The notes beneath the pieces were generated by a model. It worked only from the letters and a program-made list of their open reading frames with translations, ran no database searches and was not told the origin of the DNA. Positions 63,239-64,000 of a stretch of 64,000 nt of DNA are shown here, one piece after another. The DNA comes from Burkholderiales bacterium (lineage in GTDB: Bacteria > Pseudomonadota > Gammaproteobacteria > Burkholderiales > Burkholderiaceae_F): the NCBI GenBank assembly GCA_037441485.1, contig JBBISD010000002.1, forward strand, positions 2,058 through 66,057, in the 5' to 3' direction. The first letter of the stretch is position 1. Every line of letters starts with the position of its first letter. The translations under genes were made by a program, and so were the position numbers.

Positions 63239-64000
63239 ATGGAACCCGAACACGACCGGCAAAACCTTGAATTGGCTAAGGATTGCCTGACCGTCGGACA
63301 GTTGAACCGGCTGGTTGCGGGGGCGCTGGAGCGCGGCTTCGGCACGCAGCGGGTGCGCGGGGAAATCGCCTCGATGACGCGCGCCGCCAGCGGACACTGG
63401 TACTTCACGCTCAAGGACGCGGCCGCGCAGGTGCGCTGCGTGATGTTCCGCGGCCGCAACGTCCAGGTGGATTTCGCGCCGCGTGACGGCGACGAGGTCG
63501 AGGTGCGCGCCGCGGTCGGCCTGTACGAGGCCCGCGGGGAGTTCCAGCTGAGCGTGGAGAGCATGCGCCGCTTCGGCGCCGGCCGGCTGTGGGAGCAGTT
63601 CCTGCGGCTGCGCCAGCGTCTGGCCGCCGAGGGCCTGTTCGATACCGCGATCAAGCGGCCGCTGCCGGCGCTGCCGCGCCGCGTCGGCGTGGTGACCTCG
63701 CTGCAGGCGGCGGCACTGCGCGATGTGCTCACGACGCTGCGCCGGCGCGCGCCGTACCTGCAGATCGTGCTCTATCCGGTACCGGTGCAGGGCGCGGAGG
63801 CCGGCGCGAAGATCGCCGCGATGCTGGCCACCGCGGCGCGGCGCGCCGAGGTCGACGTGCTGCTGCTGGTGCGCGGTGGCGGTTCGCTCGAGGATCTCTG
63901 GGCGTTCAACGAGGAGGCCGTGGCCCGCGCGATCCGCGCCTGCACGGTGCCGGTGATCGTCGGCGTCGGGCACGAATCGGATTTCACGATCGCCGATTTT
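63239..64000 (+). CDS. xseA: Exodeoxyribonuclease VII large subunit, 3'-truncated by the window edge (absent from the ORF track)
   Basis: Manual translation: [53 protein letters not shown]. Confidence 0.95.
   Translation, partial: MEPEHDRQNLELAKDCLTVGQLNRLVAGALERGFGTQRVRGEIASMTRAASGHWYFTLKDAAAQVRCVMFRGRNVQVDFAPRDGDEVEVRAAVGLYEARGEFQLSVESMRRFGAGRLWEQFLRLRQRLAAEGLFDTAIKRPLPALPRRVGVVTSLQAAALRDVLTTLRRRAPYLQIVLYPVPVQGAEAGAKIAAMLATAARRAEVDVLLLVRGGGSLEDLWAFNEEAVARAIRACTVPVIVGVGHESDFTIADF

Overview
High-GC (roughly 70%) chromosomal window. The core gene content (yajQ, murB, argF, rpsT, murJ, adk, kdsB, lpxK, xseA) resembles a Burkholderiales-type betaproteobacterium, and the organism appears to be an anoxygenic phototroph. 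The left end is the edge of a photosynthesis gene cluster: aerR/ppaA, ppsR, bchG, bchP, a small membrane ORF and a heme oxygenase. These converge on a ppsR2-bphP pair, where the bacteriophytochrome is kinase-less (PAS-GAF-PHY-PAS-HOS, RpBphP1-like). Next come a cyoABCD quinol oxidase with SURF1 and heme A synthase, a minus-strand run (desaturase, ABC transporter, bdhA, patatin, 2OG-Fe dioxygenase, MipA, EamA), cyoE, a DUF4397-like lipoprotein and gdhA. After those lie a cbbR-cbbY-cbbF-cbbP-cbbT locus with no RuBisCO gene, a detached bciA, a decarboxylase-argF-argG run behind rpsT, a GGDEF-EAL protein, a K+-independent H+-PPase and the kdsB/lpxK region. The strongest candidate for an undescribed system is the light-sensing module. 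Its second PpsR has lost the DNA-recognition helix and the redox Cys, and the chromophore-making heme oxygenase appears to sit under PpsR-box control. No tRNA, rRNA, CRISPR array or IS element was recognised. All family calls come from motif recognition by eye; no database searches were run.
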